From Candidatus Bathyarchaeia archaeon (GTDB taxonomy: Archaea > Thermoproteota > Bathyarchaeia > Bathyarchaeales > Bathycorpusculaceae), in assembly GCA_049512935.1 (NCBI GenBank), contig JBEKWR010000002.1:1-64000 (forward strand): a stretch of 64,000 bases of DNA, in the 5' to 3' direction. Both the position numbers and the translations under genes were made by a program. Every line of letters begins with the position of its first letter. Within the stretch, counting starts at the first letter, position 1. Below, piece after piece: positions 1-9,537 of the stretch. The notes below the pieces were generated by a model, which worked only from the letters and a program-made list of their open reading frames with translations, was not told where the DNA came from and ran no database searches.

Positions 1-1002
1 ACAACAGGCGCACAACTATGGGGTCCAACAGCACTCCCAGGCGCAAGAGCATTTGACTCACTAGGAGCCAACTGTGTCGCAGCCAACGGCATCGACTACA
101 TATGGCTGTACGGAGGAGACGTTTACGCAGTCAACATCTATACAGGCTCTATTCTCTGGCACTACGCTACACCAAGCGGCGGAGAAGAATCGCCTTACGG
201 AACCGAACCATTATGGACATTCAGCGTCGGCACAGTAGCAGGCGGATTAGTCTTCGTCCCAGAAGGACACATGTACAGTCCACCACTGTTCCACGGCGCA
301 CAACAACTAGCACTGAACGCCACTAACGGACACCCCGTTTGGAGCGAACTTGCCTTCGACGTAACAAGTGCACCAGCAGTCTCAGACGGCGTCGCAGTAA
401 CACTCAACGCATACGACAACCAAATATACGCGTGGGGCATGGGTCCAAGCAAGACAACAGTCGCTGCACCTGACGCAGCCGTGTCAACCGACGCGCCGAT
501 AACTATAACAGGCACAGTCATGGACATCTCGGCAGGTTCACAGCAAAATGCAGTCGCAGCAAACTTCCCCAACGGTCTACCATGCGTTTCCGACGCGAAC
601 ATGAGTGCATGGATGGAATACGTCTACATGCAGCAGCCAATGCCAACCAACATCATCGGAGTCCCAGTCACCGTTAGCGTACTTGACTCAAACGGCAACA
701 GCCACGTAATAGGCATCGCAATGACCAACGCCATGGGAACATGGGGCTTAAACTGGACACCTAACATCCCAGGCAACTTCACCGTCACAGCAACCTTCTG
801 CGGCACAAACTCGTACTTTGGATCTTCCGCCACAACATACTTCTGCGCCAGCGCACCGGCAACAACACCAGCACCAACTGCTTCGCCTATTTCAGGCCTT
901 GCATCGACAGGGAGCCTGATGTTGGGAATAGCAATAGTAGTGATCGTTATTGTCATTGTCGGCGCAGTCCTAGCAGTACTGATGCTAAGAAAACGACCAT
1001 AA
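1..1002 (+). CDS. PQQ-like beta-propeller surface protein, 3' part (5' end outside window), C-terminal TM anchor
   Basis: Frame 1 is open from base 1 (TTGAQLWGPT...VYAVNIYTGSILWHY...) into ORF 271..1002. Ig-like domain, P/T-rich linker, hydrophobic helix, basic tail RKRP. Confidence 0.85.
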   Translation, partial: TTGAQLWGPTALPGARAFDSLGANCVAANGIDYIWLYGGDVYAVNIYTGSILWHYATPSGGEESPYGTEPLWTFSVGTVAGGLVFVPEGHMYSPPLFHGAQQLALNATNGHPVWSELAFDVTSAPAVSDGVAVTLNAYDNQIYAWGMGPSKTTVAAPDAAVSTDAPITITGTVMDISAGSQQNAVAANFPNGLPCVSDANMSAWMEYVYMQQPMPTNIIGVPVTVSVLDSNGNSHVIGIAMTNAMGTWGLNWTPNIPGNFTVTATFCGTNSYFGSSATTYFCASAPATTPAPTASPISGLASTGSLMLGIAIVVIVIVIVGAVLAVLMLRKRP

Positions 1003-1023
1003 GTCAAAAGGCCAAAAAAATCA

Positions 1024-1050
1024 TTTCCCCTTTTTCCTTTTTTTGTTTTT
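1024..1050 (+). terminator. Archaeal oligo-T terminator
   Basis: T-rich tract tttcccctttttccttttttgttttt just after the stop codon. Confidence 0.55.
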
Positions 1051-1187
1051 CAACTACAATGAAGAAGATGCTAGGGCGCAAGGCTCTGTTAATTTAGATT
1101 TTTCAGACAAATGCGCCGTTGATCGTATTTGCGGAAACGCTTAAAACCATCGAGCCACAATTAGCGGTTGAAAAGGAGGAATATCTT

Positions 1188-2564
1188 TTGGTTTCAACAG
1201 GACAAGGCAAACCGACCGTGGACGAGTTACTTGCCAAAGCCAAAAAGCCCGCGCAGCTTGCCACGCCGATGCACAGGTTCTATGAGGGGAAAATGCAGGT
1301 TATCCCAAAATGCGCGATTCGAAGCGTCGACGACTTCGCGATTTGGTACACGCCAGGCGTGGCGGCGCCATGCAGGGAAATTCAAGCTGACCCTGACAAA
1401 TCCTTCGAACTGACCAACCGATGGAACTCTGTGGCTGTGGTTTCAGATGGAACCCGCGTTTTAGGTTTGGGCGATATTGGTCCTGAAGCTGCGTTGCCTG
1501 TGATGGAGGGAAAAGCGCTCCTATTCAAGTATCTGGGCGGGGTTGATGCGTTTCCAATTTGCCTAAGAACCAAAGACCCCGACGAAATAGTTAAGATTTG
1601 CAAGGCTTTAGAACCCTCTTTCGGCGGCATTAACCTTGAGGACATTGAAAAACCCAAGTGCTTCCACGTTCTTGAAAGCGCCAGCGCGCAGCTCAAGATT
1701 CCCGTGTGGCATGACGACCAGCAGGGCACCGCCACCGTGATTTTGGCGGGGTTAATGAACGCCTTCAAGATTGTAGGCAAAAAACCGCAGGAAAGCCTAA
1801 TCACGCTGGTAGGTTCGGGAGCAGCAAACATCCGCACGGCTTACGTTCTCATGCTGTGGGGAGTCAAGCCGGGCAACATAATACTTGCCGACAGCAAAGG
1901 CGTCGTAGACAGGACCAGAAAAGACATCACCAAAGAAGAAGACCCGTGGAAATATGACGTGACACAGAAAACCAACGGCGAAGGCAGAACGGGTCCTATC
2001 CAAGAAGCCTTCAAAGGCGTGGACGCGGTCGTTGCAGCTTCAAAGCCGGGTCCAGACACAATCAAGAAGGAATGGGTTAAAACGATGGCTAAGGACGCAA
2101 TTATCTTTGCGTGCGCTAACCCGATACCTGAAATTTGGCCTTGGGACGCTGAGGAAGCCGGAGCAAGAATCGTGGCGACGGGGAGAAGCGACTTTCCCAA
2201 CCAAGTGAACAACAGCTTAGGGTTCCCAGGCATCTTCAGAGGCGTACTGGACGTGAAGGCGAAAACCGTCACGGACACCATGTGCATCGCAGCCGCGCAG
2301 GAACTGGCAAGCTACGCCGAAGAGCGGGGAATAAGCGAGACGGATATTTTGCCGAAGATGGACGAGTGGGAAGTTTTCCCGCGTGAAGCCGTCGCGTGCG
2401 CGCTAAAATCGATCGATGAAGGCGTCGCAAGAATCAAACCGTCAAGACAAGAACTGCTTGACCGAGCCACAGCTATAATCCTAAACGCCAGGCAATCAAC
2501 CGAGCTGCTTATGAAGCATGGCTTAATCAGGCAGCCGCCAGAAGAAAGCAGCCTTCTCAAATAA
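1188..2564 (+). CDS. NAD(P)-dependent malic enzyme
   Basis: Motifs YTPGVA, GLGDIG, MEGKA, NLEDI, HDDQQGT, GSGAA, NQVNN. TTG start at 1188 follows GGAGG. Confidence 0.95.
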   Translation: MVSTGQGKPTVDELLAKAKKPAQLATPMHRFYEGKMQVIPKCAIRSVDDFAIWYTPGVAAPCREIQADPDKSFELTNRWNSVAVVSDGTRVLGLGDIGPEAALPVMEGKALLFKYLGGVDAFPICLRTKDPDEIVKICKALEPSFGGINLEDIEKPKCFHVLESASAQLKIPVWHDDQQGTATVILAGLMNAFKIVGKKPQESLITLVGSGAANIRTAYVLMLWGVKPGNIILADSKGVVDRTRKDITKEEDPWKYDVTQKTNGEGRTGPIQEAFKGVDAVVAASKPGPDTIKKEWVKTMAKDAIIFACANPIPEIWPWDAEEAGARIVATGRSDFPNQVNNSLGFPGIFRGVLDVKAKTVTDTMCIAAAQELASYAEERGISETDILPKMDEWEVFPREAVACALKSIDEGVARIKPSRQELLDRATAIILNARQSTELLMKHGLIRQPPEESSLLK

Positions 2565-2582
2565 TCTGCCTTTTGTAAGCTT

Positions 2583-2780
2583 TTAGAAAGGCGTGGACGA
2601 AAAAGGCTTAGCTTTTTCCGAATGCGGAAGCATGACGGCTCCAGTACCCGCAGGCGGCATTTGCATGCTGTGTGCCACGGCTAGGGCTATTGCCCATGTT
2701 ATGTCGTCGTGGCTGTTCTGTGGGTGGCTGAACTGTAGGTGCCCGTTTTTGGTGTAGGTGTACTTTTGCTTTTGAGCTGT
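2583..2780 (-). pseudogene. Terminase large subunit C-terminal remnant (copy A)
   Basis: Reads KYTYTKNGHLQFSHPQNSHDDITWAIALAVA, the HDDxxxALALA nuclease motif. No start codon; frameshifted upstream relative to the copy at 41293. Confidence 0.7.
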
Positions 2781-2849
2781 TGCATCAACGCCAACCAAGC
2801 AAACAACCCCCAGCAGCCCACACAAAAATAAGCACAAATAACGCCCAAA

Positions 2850-3040
2850 CCTCGAAAGTCGCAACCCGCAAACACCTTCAAGCCCCAAACCCAAGAAGCA
2901 ACCCAAAACGAACACTGATTGTCGACGGGTAGGGGGGAGGGGGTCTAGTATTAGTGACAGAATTCCAACACAAATATGGGTCGCGCCAAAGCGGAAAGTC
3001 GCAACTTTCCCGTAGCAAAAGTCGCAACTTAAAAATTAAC
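2850..3040 (+). repeat. Dispersed repeat copy A (AAAGTCGCA motifs, 40-bp core 2994-3033, G-rich motif 2927-2952)
   Basis: Core gaaagtcgcaactttcccgtagcaaaagtcgcaacttaaa is identical at 4060-4099 and 42604-42643. Confidence 0.9.
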
Positions 3041-3162
3041 CCAAAAACCATCCTAAAACCCTTCAGAAAAAGCACCTGAAAAATCCGCAAAGCCGAAAAA
3101 CTTAAGTGTTGAGAGCTTGTAGTTTCTGTCTTAGAACTAAAAACACATGGATGTTGAATCAA

Positions 3163-3714
3163 TTGGCTGTTGAAGGTTTTTTCGAAAACAAAAGGCAACC
3201 TGTAGAAGCAAAAGTCGGCGATTTAACCCCACAATCTAAAGCGGTTAACGTTACGGCCAAAGTTGTATCTAAAACTGAGATTAGGGAAATCCCAATGGGC
3301 AGAGACGGCTCTCCCCACAAGGTTAGCGACGCGCTGGTCGGCGACGAAACAGGCGTAGTGTACCTGACACTTTGGGACGACAACATTGAGAAAGTCAACG
3401 AAGGCGACAGTTTACGCGTGGAAAACGGCTATGTAACTCTTTTCAAAGGCAACATCCGCCTGAACATCGGCAAATACGGCAAGCTTGAACCAGCAAAAGA
3501 ACCCTTAAGCGTCGAAGTAAACACAGAAAACAACGTGTCAAGCAAAACATACGAGCAGGAACGCAGACCATTCAGAGGCGGCGGCGGAAGAGGCGGATAC
3601 GGCGGCGGTGGTAGAGGACGCGGTGGCTACGGTGGAGGCGGCGGCGGATACGGTGGCAGAGACAGAGGCGACAGAGACCGACGCGGTGGCGGCGGCTACA
3701 GACCCCGATACTAA
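3163..3714 (+). CDS. ssb: Single-stranded DNA-binding protein (single OB fold, RG-rich tail)
   Basis: VNVTAKV...VGDETG...LTLW...VENGYV...LNIGKYG OB fold, followed by an RGG/GGY tail. TTG start at 3163 is likely. Confidence 0.9.
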   Translation: MAVEGFFENKRQPVEAKVGDLTPQSKAVNVTAKVVSKTEIREIPMGRDGSPHKVSDALVGDETGVVYLTLWDDNIEKVNEGDSLRVENGYVTLFKGNIRLNIGKYGKLEPAKEPLSVEVNTENNVSSKTYEQERRPFRGGGGRGGYGGGGRGRGGYGGGGGGYGGRDRGDRDRRGGGGYRPRY

Positions 3715-3924
3715 GCATAGAGCTCAGAGTGTTGAAAAACAACCTAACTCTTTTTGCCTTTTTATTTTCCTTTATTGAATCTAATTTCTATTTTGCACCT
3801 TGCCAGATTACCAAGGCTATTTGGGCATATCTAATCACAGGAGCAGCTCAACCGTTTTGTCACCACACCTGCAAAGAACCAAAAAAACCCCAGCAAACCC
3901 GAACCCGCCGCCGAGAAACCTCAC

Positions 3925-4102
3925 CTGCCCATAACCGACAATAACCGCAACATGGAGTCAACATTGAAAGTCGCAATCCGCCCATGCGAAAGTCGCAACC
4001 CGCAAACGCCTTCAAGCCCCAAACCAAGAAAGCAACCCGAAACGCAAAGAACTTAGGGTGAAAGTCGCAACTTTCCCGTAGCAAAAGTCGCAACTTAAAA
4101 AT
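3925..4102 (+). repeat. Dispersed repeat copy B
   Basis: Near-identical to 42471-42643. AAAGTCGCA motifs at 3967, 3989, 4061 and 4084. Confidence 0.9.
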
Positions 4103-4159
4103 TCAGCGAAAAACCAACCGCCGAAAACACGCAACAAAAACAAAAAATAAGAAAGGGTA

Positions 4160-4438
4160 TTAAAGAGGAGTGATCCTCACAATGTTTCGCTTCTCAAGCC
4201 TACGCAACGCATCCAAGCACTCATCCTTCTTCTCGCCAGTAATGTTCAAGCTAAGCATAATCTCCTTCACCGAAACCTCGTTCCGCCCAAAGTTCTGATG
4301 CCGCTTATGCAAATGCTGCACAATAGACTTCTCAAGCTTACCGCAACGCCAAGTACTGTTACGAATCAAAACAACAATCGTGCGAACCAGCGTCTGCTCG
4401 TTAGATTTTCTTCCTCGCGACTCTCCCACCCGCTCCAC
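4160..4438 (-). CDS. Hypothetical small protein, possible winged helix
   Basis: 92-aa ORF downstream of rimI on the same strand; C-terminal DALRRLEKRNIVRI looks wHTH-like. Confidence 0.5.
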   Translation of the reverse strand: MERVGESRGRKSNEQTLVRTIVVLIRNSTWRCGKLEKSIVQHLHKRHQNFGRNEVSVKEIMLSLNITGEKKDECLDALRRLEKRNIVRITPL

Positions 4439-4499
4439 CGCGATTTACAGCGCATCAACATTTTTAAACGTATCCCCAAATTGGGTAGGGCATAACGAG

Positions 4500-4964
4500 T
4501 CAGCACCTTTCACTTTTGAAGGTTTTTTTAAGAAACAAGCCATGCTTATTCCCGTAGTATTTCGCTAATTTACTGATCTTTTCGTACCCAGTGCTCAAGT
4601 AAAGCTTTAACGCAGCCAAATTGTCCTCTCTAACTTCCAATCGACACTCATTTATGCCTTTTTCCTTAAGAATCTCCTCCGTTTCCCGAAGCATTCTGCG
4701 CGCCATTCCTCTCCGCCTGTAAGACGGCGCGACGTTTATAGTGATTATGTGACCGTACAGCGTGTCGTTTTCATTTTCCACTTGCGCTATTATGAACCCA
4801 GCTATCTCATTGTCTGCTTTAGCCACCAACGCAATGCTGTTGTAGTCTGTCAGCAAGTAGGATAACTGCCGTTTCGTGAAGGCCTCGCGGTCGAAGCATT
4901 GAGACTCAATTTCGCTAAGCTTATCAAGCAACCTGATAGAAGCGGTTTCAATTTTTATTTCCAT
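4500..4964 (-). CDS. rimI: Ribosomal-protein-alanine N-acetyltransferase (GNAT)
   Basis: GHIITINVAPSYRRRGMA, LEVREDN..A..LY...GY, KYY motifs. Confidence 0.9.
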   Translation of the reverse strand: MEIKIETASIRLLDKLSEIESQCFDREAFTKRQLSYLLTDYNSIALVAKADNEIAGFIIAQVENENDTLYGHIITINVAPSYRRRGMARRMLRETEEILKEKGINECRLEVREDNLAALKLYLSTGYEKISKLAKYYGNKHGLFLKKTFKSERC

Positions 4965-4973
4965 TTTTGCGTC

Positions 4974-6062
4974 TTAAGAATTATTTGGCAAAGGGTCAAT
5001 TTTAATTTTTTCCGTGTTCGTCACGGTTGATAACGCAGGTTTCAGTTCAAGCCATTGTTGAGCTCCAAAGCCTATGATGAAGAACAACCACAAGGTTATG
5101 ATTCTTGTAAGTATGGTTGCTGTTGCGGCGATTGCTCCTGGAACGCCCATTGAAATGTAAAGTGTGGTCATTACTGCCTCTGGAAGCCCAACTTCAAACG
5201 GTATACCCACAGGAATCGATTTGACAGCTAGGAATATGGCTGAAGTAACGATGATTACGCTTATCGAAACTGCATGATTCAGCGACATGAAGACAAGAAA
5301 GGGAATGCTTAGGCTAAAAAACCAGGATAAAAGCAAATAGAACAGCGAGAAAGCAATGGCTCGCGGCGTATGACGGAACTCTTTCATTGAATCATGAAAG
5401 TGCGTCGTGATTTCAACGGCTTCTTCCTTCAATTTTCCCAGTTTTATTCTTCCCTTGCTGATTTTCTGGGTGAAATTCGTTAGCCAGTTGATTCCTTTCA
5501 GGGTCCATTGCTCTTTTAAAGACAAAACGGCCATTAGAATGAGTATGACTATTATTACTGCTGCTACCAGTATTATGAGGTTGAAAACCAACGGGTTAAC
5601 GTTGCCTCCGAAAGTGAGAAGCACTAAACCTGAGATCAAGGCAACTGCGTTTATGGTGGTGCCGATGAACCTGTGAGTGTAGAGTGAAGCCACTACTTTT
5701 CCGAACGAGCCGCATTTGTCTCTTGTGAGTAGGTACGTTCGGGTTACTTCTCCGCTGATTGATTGTGCTGGAACGATTGTGTCTACGTACATGCCGTACC
5801 AGACGTAGAGGTAGGCTCGGGTTATGGTCATTTTTATGGAGAGGTGGTTGGTTAGGACGCGCCAAGAGATTGTGAAGAACAATACTTGGAGTAGGCCGAA
5901 GAGTATGGCTATTGAGTAGATGATTGGGTTGGCGGTTTTTGCTGTTAGAAATATTCCTACGATGTTGACGTTGAAGAGGTAGATGTAGATGAAGAACCCG
6001 GCTAAACCTAGCAGTGGGAAAATAATCATTTTCCATGATAAGTTCGGTTTAGGAGGCTGCAT
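4974..6062 (-). CDS. Lysylphosphatidylglycerol synthase TM-domain (UPF0104) flippase-like protein
   Basis: Multiple TM helices; P...SGE..R and P..VG..E motifs. Confidence 0.85.
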   Translation of the reverse strand: MQPPKPNLSWKMIIFPLLGLAGFFIYIYLFNVNIVGIFLTAKTANPIIYSIAILFGLLQVLFFTISWRVLTNHLSIKMTITRAYLYVWYGMYVDTIVPAQSISGEVTRTYLLTRDKCGSFGKVVASLYTHRFIGTTINAVALISGLVLLTFGGNVNPLVFNLIILVAAVIIVILILMAVLSLKEQWTLKGINWLTNFTQKISKGRIKLGKLKEEAVEITTHFHDSMKEFRHTPRAIAFSLFYLLLSWFFSLSIPFLVFMSLNHAVSISVIIVTSAIFLAVKSIPVGIPFEVGLPEAVMTTLYISMGVPGAIAATATILTRIITLWLFFIIGFGAQQWLELKPALSTVTNTEKIKIDPLPNNS

Positions 6063-6360
6063 ATGGCTTTCGCACCGGTTTACACCGAGTTTGTGCAGTT
6101 ACAATTATATACTTTGCCATAATCCATGCCAACGCTTCTTCGGATGCACGCATGTGTTAAAAGTTGGTTTTGAATGGTTTTTCTTCTGGCTATTTTTTTG
6201 GGTGGTTTTTCTGGAGAAATTTAGGCTGCGACTTTTCCCGTTTGTAACTTGTGCTTGTCCAGTTGGCTGGGGTTGGCGGTTTAGAAGCTTTCGTGACCTT
6301 GGTGTTGGTGATGCAATAGCTTTTTTAAGTTTCACTTTTAATTATTTCCGCGGTGCAAGC

Positions 6361-7392
6361 ATGGCAGAAGAAGTTTGGGTTCCGATGGATGGCGACACCT
6401 TTGTGACGAAAGACGGGTTCATCCTGAACACTTTCGGCTACGAGCATCCAGACGATCGCGTGTTCGCGTTTCTCAAGTACATCCCAGCCAAGTACAGGGA
6501 GCTATTCAACGTGCAGATGCTGGAGCGCACATGGAAGTTCGGCGGCAACCAGCTTTTCAGGGCTGAGCGGCTTTACACGGCGAAGAATTACCAGACGTTC
6601 ATCGAGGCTTTCCGCAGAAACTTCCCAGACTACCTTTACTTCTGCCCCTACCGCAGCAAGGAACTAATCACGGCGCCGCTGGATCGCATAGAGCGGGTGT
6701 TCGTTCCCAAAGACCGCTTGGTGTGGCTGATGAACCTGCCTAAACGCGACAAGCTGCAGCAGATGGCGCTTGACCTCATCATTTTAATCTCCAACGAGTC
6801 AGGCGTGGACCTAAGCGACCTGGGGGTTCACGGCTCCATCGCGCTGCAGATGCATGCGCCCGAATCCGACATTGACTTCGTCGTTTACGGCACCGAAAAC
6901 TTCCGCATGGTAGAAGAAGCAATAGCGAGGCTTGTCAACGCTGGAAAACTCAGCTACATCGTGGGCAACCGCATCGAAGCCGCAAGAAAATTCCAAGGCA
7001 GGTACCAGGGAAAAATCTTCATGTACAACGCCACCAAAAAACCTGGGCAAATCAAGGAAAAATATGGCGCTTACCGCTACGTTCCGCTTGACCCCGTGAG
7101 GTTCGAAGCCATCGTCAGCGACGACGCGGAAACCATGTACCGCCCTGCAACCTACGGGATTTCAGGCTACAAGCCTCTGGATGGCCAGTCTGAACTTGAA
7201 CTGGACAAGATACCTGTTCAGGTTGTTTCCAATATTGGGCTTTACAGAAACGTTGCCCGATGCGGCAGCACGATCAGGGTGTCTGGCAAACTTGAACGGG
7301 TCGAATCCACATCGTCCAGCCAAGTTTATTATCAAGTTGTTGTGGGGACAGCTACGTCAGAGGAAGAATACATTTGGCCAGTGACAACGTAG
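6361..7392 (+). CDS. Predicted nucleotidyltransferase, COG1665-like (paralogue 1)
   Basis: GVHGS...SDIDFVVYG Pol-beta motif; N-terminal DGD..VT.DG.I...FGYEHP domain. ATG at 6361. Confidence 0.85.
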   Translation: MAEEVWVPMDGDTFVTKDGFILNTFGYEHPDDRVFAFLKYIPAKYRELFNVQMLERTWKFGGNQLFRAERLYTAKNYQTFIEAFRRNFPDYLYFCPYRSKELITAPLDRIERVFVPKDRLVWLMNLPKRDKLQQMALDLIILISNESGVDLSDLGVHGSIALQMHAPESDIDFVVYGTENFRMVEEAIARLVNAGKLSYIVGNRIEAARKFQGRYQGKIFMYNATKKPGQIKEKYGAYRYVPLDPVRFEAIVSDDAETMYRPATYGISGYKPLDGQSELELDKIPVQVVSNIGLYRNVARCGSTIRVSGKLERVESTSSSQVYYQVVVGTATSEEEYIWPVTT

Positions 7393-8450
7393 GGTTACGG
7401 GACCGCGACGCCATCGAAACCGCTGAAGGCTTAATCTTCCGCGTCTTCGGCTACTCGCATCCGCCAGGCGCCTACATCTGCGATGCAGAGTACGCTTCAG
7501 CAAAAATCTTCGACTCCAAAGACCCCAGGGCGCCGAGAACGGGCAAAGGGCAGCTTTACTACAAATTCTACAACGACGAAGGAATGAAACTCGTCGCGAA
7601 AAAATACCCGCAATACCAAGTTTTCCACGAAATGCTAGGGTTGAACCTCGTCGGAGTTAAAAACGGCTCGATCGCAGAGGCAAGGAAACCCGAGGTGCGG
7701 CTGCAGAAGCTGCTTGAGGCGGGGCCGACAGATGACTTGCTGGCGGCTATGGAACGAGTCCTCATGATATCGCTCAACAATTCAGGCTTGAAAACGGAGA
7801 ACTTCGGCGTCTTCGGCTCCATGCTGCATGGGTTTCATCACCCAAAGTTTTCCGACATAGACCTGATAGTTTACGGCAAAAAAGAGAACGCCACAATGAG
7901 AAAAACACTCCAAGCCTTGTACGCAGACAGCCAGTCTGGTTTTCATAACGAGTTCGAATCCGACCAAGCCATGGAGGGCAAGGATTGGCGTTTCAAAAAC
8001 TTCACGGTTGAAGACTTCGTTTGGCATCAGCGCCGAAAGCAGATTTACGGGTTGTACGACGATAAGGCAAGCGGGCGAACCATTAAAGCCGAGTTTGAAC
8101 CCGTGAAGGCTTGGGGCGAAATCGAATCTGAATACGACCCGCAAACACGCATTAAGCAGAAGGGCTGGGTGAAGCTTAAAGCCCGAGTTACAGCCGACGA
8201 CGAAGCGCCTTTTATCCCGTCGATCTACGGCATCGAACCCCTGGAAGTCTTAGGCGGCGCAAAAGAAGCAGCCCAGGCACGGCGGGTTTTCTCGTTCATG
8301 GAAGAGTTCCGTCAGCAAGCGCAAAGAGACGAAGAAATTATTGTGGAGGGTAACTTGGAAGAGGTTGTGTCGCCAAAGGAAAGCTTTCATCAGGTTACGT
8401 TGACTTATTGCCCGCGCTACTACGAGCAAGTCCTCGAAGTGCAACATTAA
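7374..8450 (+). CDS. Predicted nucleotidyltransferase, COG1665-like (paralogue 2)
   Basis: [19 protein letters not shown]; GVFGS...SDIDLIVYG. Overlaps the paralogue 1 stop. Confidence 0.85.
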   Translation: MASDNVGLRDRDAIETAEGLIFRVFGYSHPPGAYICDAEYASAKIFDSKDPRAPRTGKGQLYYKFYNDEGMKLVAKKYPQYQVFHEMLGLNLVGVKNGSIAEARKPEVRLQKLLEAGPTDDLLAAMERVLMISLNNSGLKTENFGVFGSMLHGFHHPKFSDIDLIVYGKKENATMRKTLQALYADSQSGFHNEFESDQAMEGKDWRFKNFTVEDFVWHQRRKQIYGLYDDKASGRTIKAEFEPVKAWGEIESEYDPQTRIKQKGWVKLKARVTADDEAPFIPSIYGIEPLEVLGGAKEAAQARRVFSFMEEFRQQAQRDEEIIVEGNLEEVVSPKESFHQVTLTYCPRYYEQVLEVQH

Positions 8451-9466
8451 GCTCGGGAAAGAACCATGTAATCCGACGGCTTGTTCCCAAGGATTAAACG
8501 GTAGTGTTCGCTGCCTGTTTTTTTGTTGGTGACCAGTTCAACTTTTCCCTGAGCCTCAACCGCCTCGCCGTTCGCTGCTTGCTCGCAGAACCTGCCGCGG
8601 AACGAAACAATCTCAGCTATTGGCTGCAACTTGGGTCCCTCAACAACATTGACTTCTTCCAGTTTGTAGACACAGGGCGTGAAAAGCGATTCGGTGCTGT
8701 CGGCTATTTTGGCGGTTACTTTTGCGTAGCCGCTGTTCTTGAAGCACACGTCTCCGTACTGCTCGTCGATTTCGCGCCAATCTTTCACGAAGCGGACGAA
8801 GTAGTCGGTGCCCATGAACTTGCCTTGGAACGCCTTGCGGCTTTCGACCAGAACGAAGTCTTCGAAGCTCATTTGCGTATCCTTCGAACGAAAAGCGAAA
8901 AGCTCCCGCAGTTCGGCTCGGCTGTAAGGCTTAAACCCCGATTTTTCATCCTTGAATAGCGTCTGCAACGCAGCGTAAGCCTTCCTGCAGTTCTCTGCCC
9001 CGTAAACCAGCGGGTCGATGTCTGACTTCTCCGTTGTCAGTCCTGCCATTATGGAGCCAGAGATGCCTATGCAGCTCCATGGAGTTTTTGCTTCCGCCTT
9101 CAACGTTTCTGCCAGCTTTAGCGCCTTATTCTCCAGCACTGTCAGGCCTTTGGCTGTGCGCAGAGACCAAAGCTTCTCTTCGGGTTTGTAGTGCTCAGCA
9201 ATTTGGGAAACTGGGACCTCACACATCGTTTCGCCGAACACAGGGTCAAAAACGATGAGGTCAGGGTGGTTTTCCCGCAGGTACCTGAACCTGTCGCCGA
9301 GGCTGTAGACCTTGCCGTAGAGGCTGTCTTTGCCTTTTCTCGTGCCTTCTGGCGAGGGAACGAAACGTGGAAAAGCGATGATTTTGCCTGCTGGATGGAC
9401 TAAGCCTTTAACGTCAAAAACCACGCCGCTTTTCGTTTTGATTAAGTCGCCTTCACGTGCTCTCAA
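8447..9466 (-). CDS. Predicted nucleotidyltransferase, COG1665-like (paralogue 3)
   Basis: REGD.IKT..G.VFDVKGLVHP; GISGS...SDIDPLVYG; SFRGRFCEQA. TTG start at 9466 is likely. Confidence 0.85.
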   Translation of the reverse strand: MRAREGDLIKTKSGVVFDVKGLVHPAGKIIAFPRFVPSPEGTRKGKDSLYGKVYSLGDRFRYLRENHPDLIVFDPVFGETMCEVPVSQIAEHYKPEEKLWSLRTAKGLTVLENKALKLAETLKAEAKTPWSCIGISGSIMAGLTTEKSDIDPLVYGAENCRKAYAALQTLFKDEKSGFKPYSRAELRELFAFRSKDTQMSFEDFVLVESRKAFQGKFMGTDYFVRFVKDWREIDEQYGDVCFKNSGYAKVTAKIADSTESLFTPCVYKLEEVNVVEGPKLQPIAEIVSFRGRFCEQAANGEAVEAQGKVELVTNKKTGSEHYRLILGNKPSDYMVLSRA

Positions 9467-9495
9467 ACAAACCACTGCTTGTAGTTTTCTGATAA

Positions 9496-9506
9496 GTTTA
9501 ATAAAC
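9496..9506. promoter_or_regulatory. Candidate bidirectional TATA box
   Basis: gtttaataaac lies midway in the ~70-bp gap between divergent NTase-3 and citG and reads TTTAATAA / TTTATTAA on the two strands. Confidence 0.45.
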
Positions 9507-9537
9507 CTTCTTTGCGACAATTATGTCGATGCGACTA

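Noticed and set aside
2978-3001. Plus strand encodes GSRQSGKS, resembling a terminase Walker A motif
   Set aside because: It is on the opposite strand from the terminase tail, and the copy near 42591 reads KRHGGKS. Probably a coincidence.
2850-4102. AAAGTCGCAAC repeats as a CRISPR array
   Set aside because: The units are too short, spacing is irregular, the intervening sequences are conserved between loci, and no cas genes are present.
6219-6240. Possible inverted copy of the repeat motif (minus strand aaaagtcgcagcctaaa)
   Set aside because: Only ~17 bp of imperfect match, too weak to call as a feature.
5989-6360. 124-aa N-terminal extension of NTase paralogue 1 in the ORF track
   Set aside because: It overlaps the divergent gene and the T-rich intergenic region; family-like sequence begins at ATG 6361.
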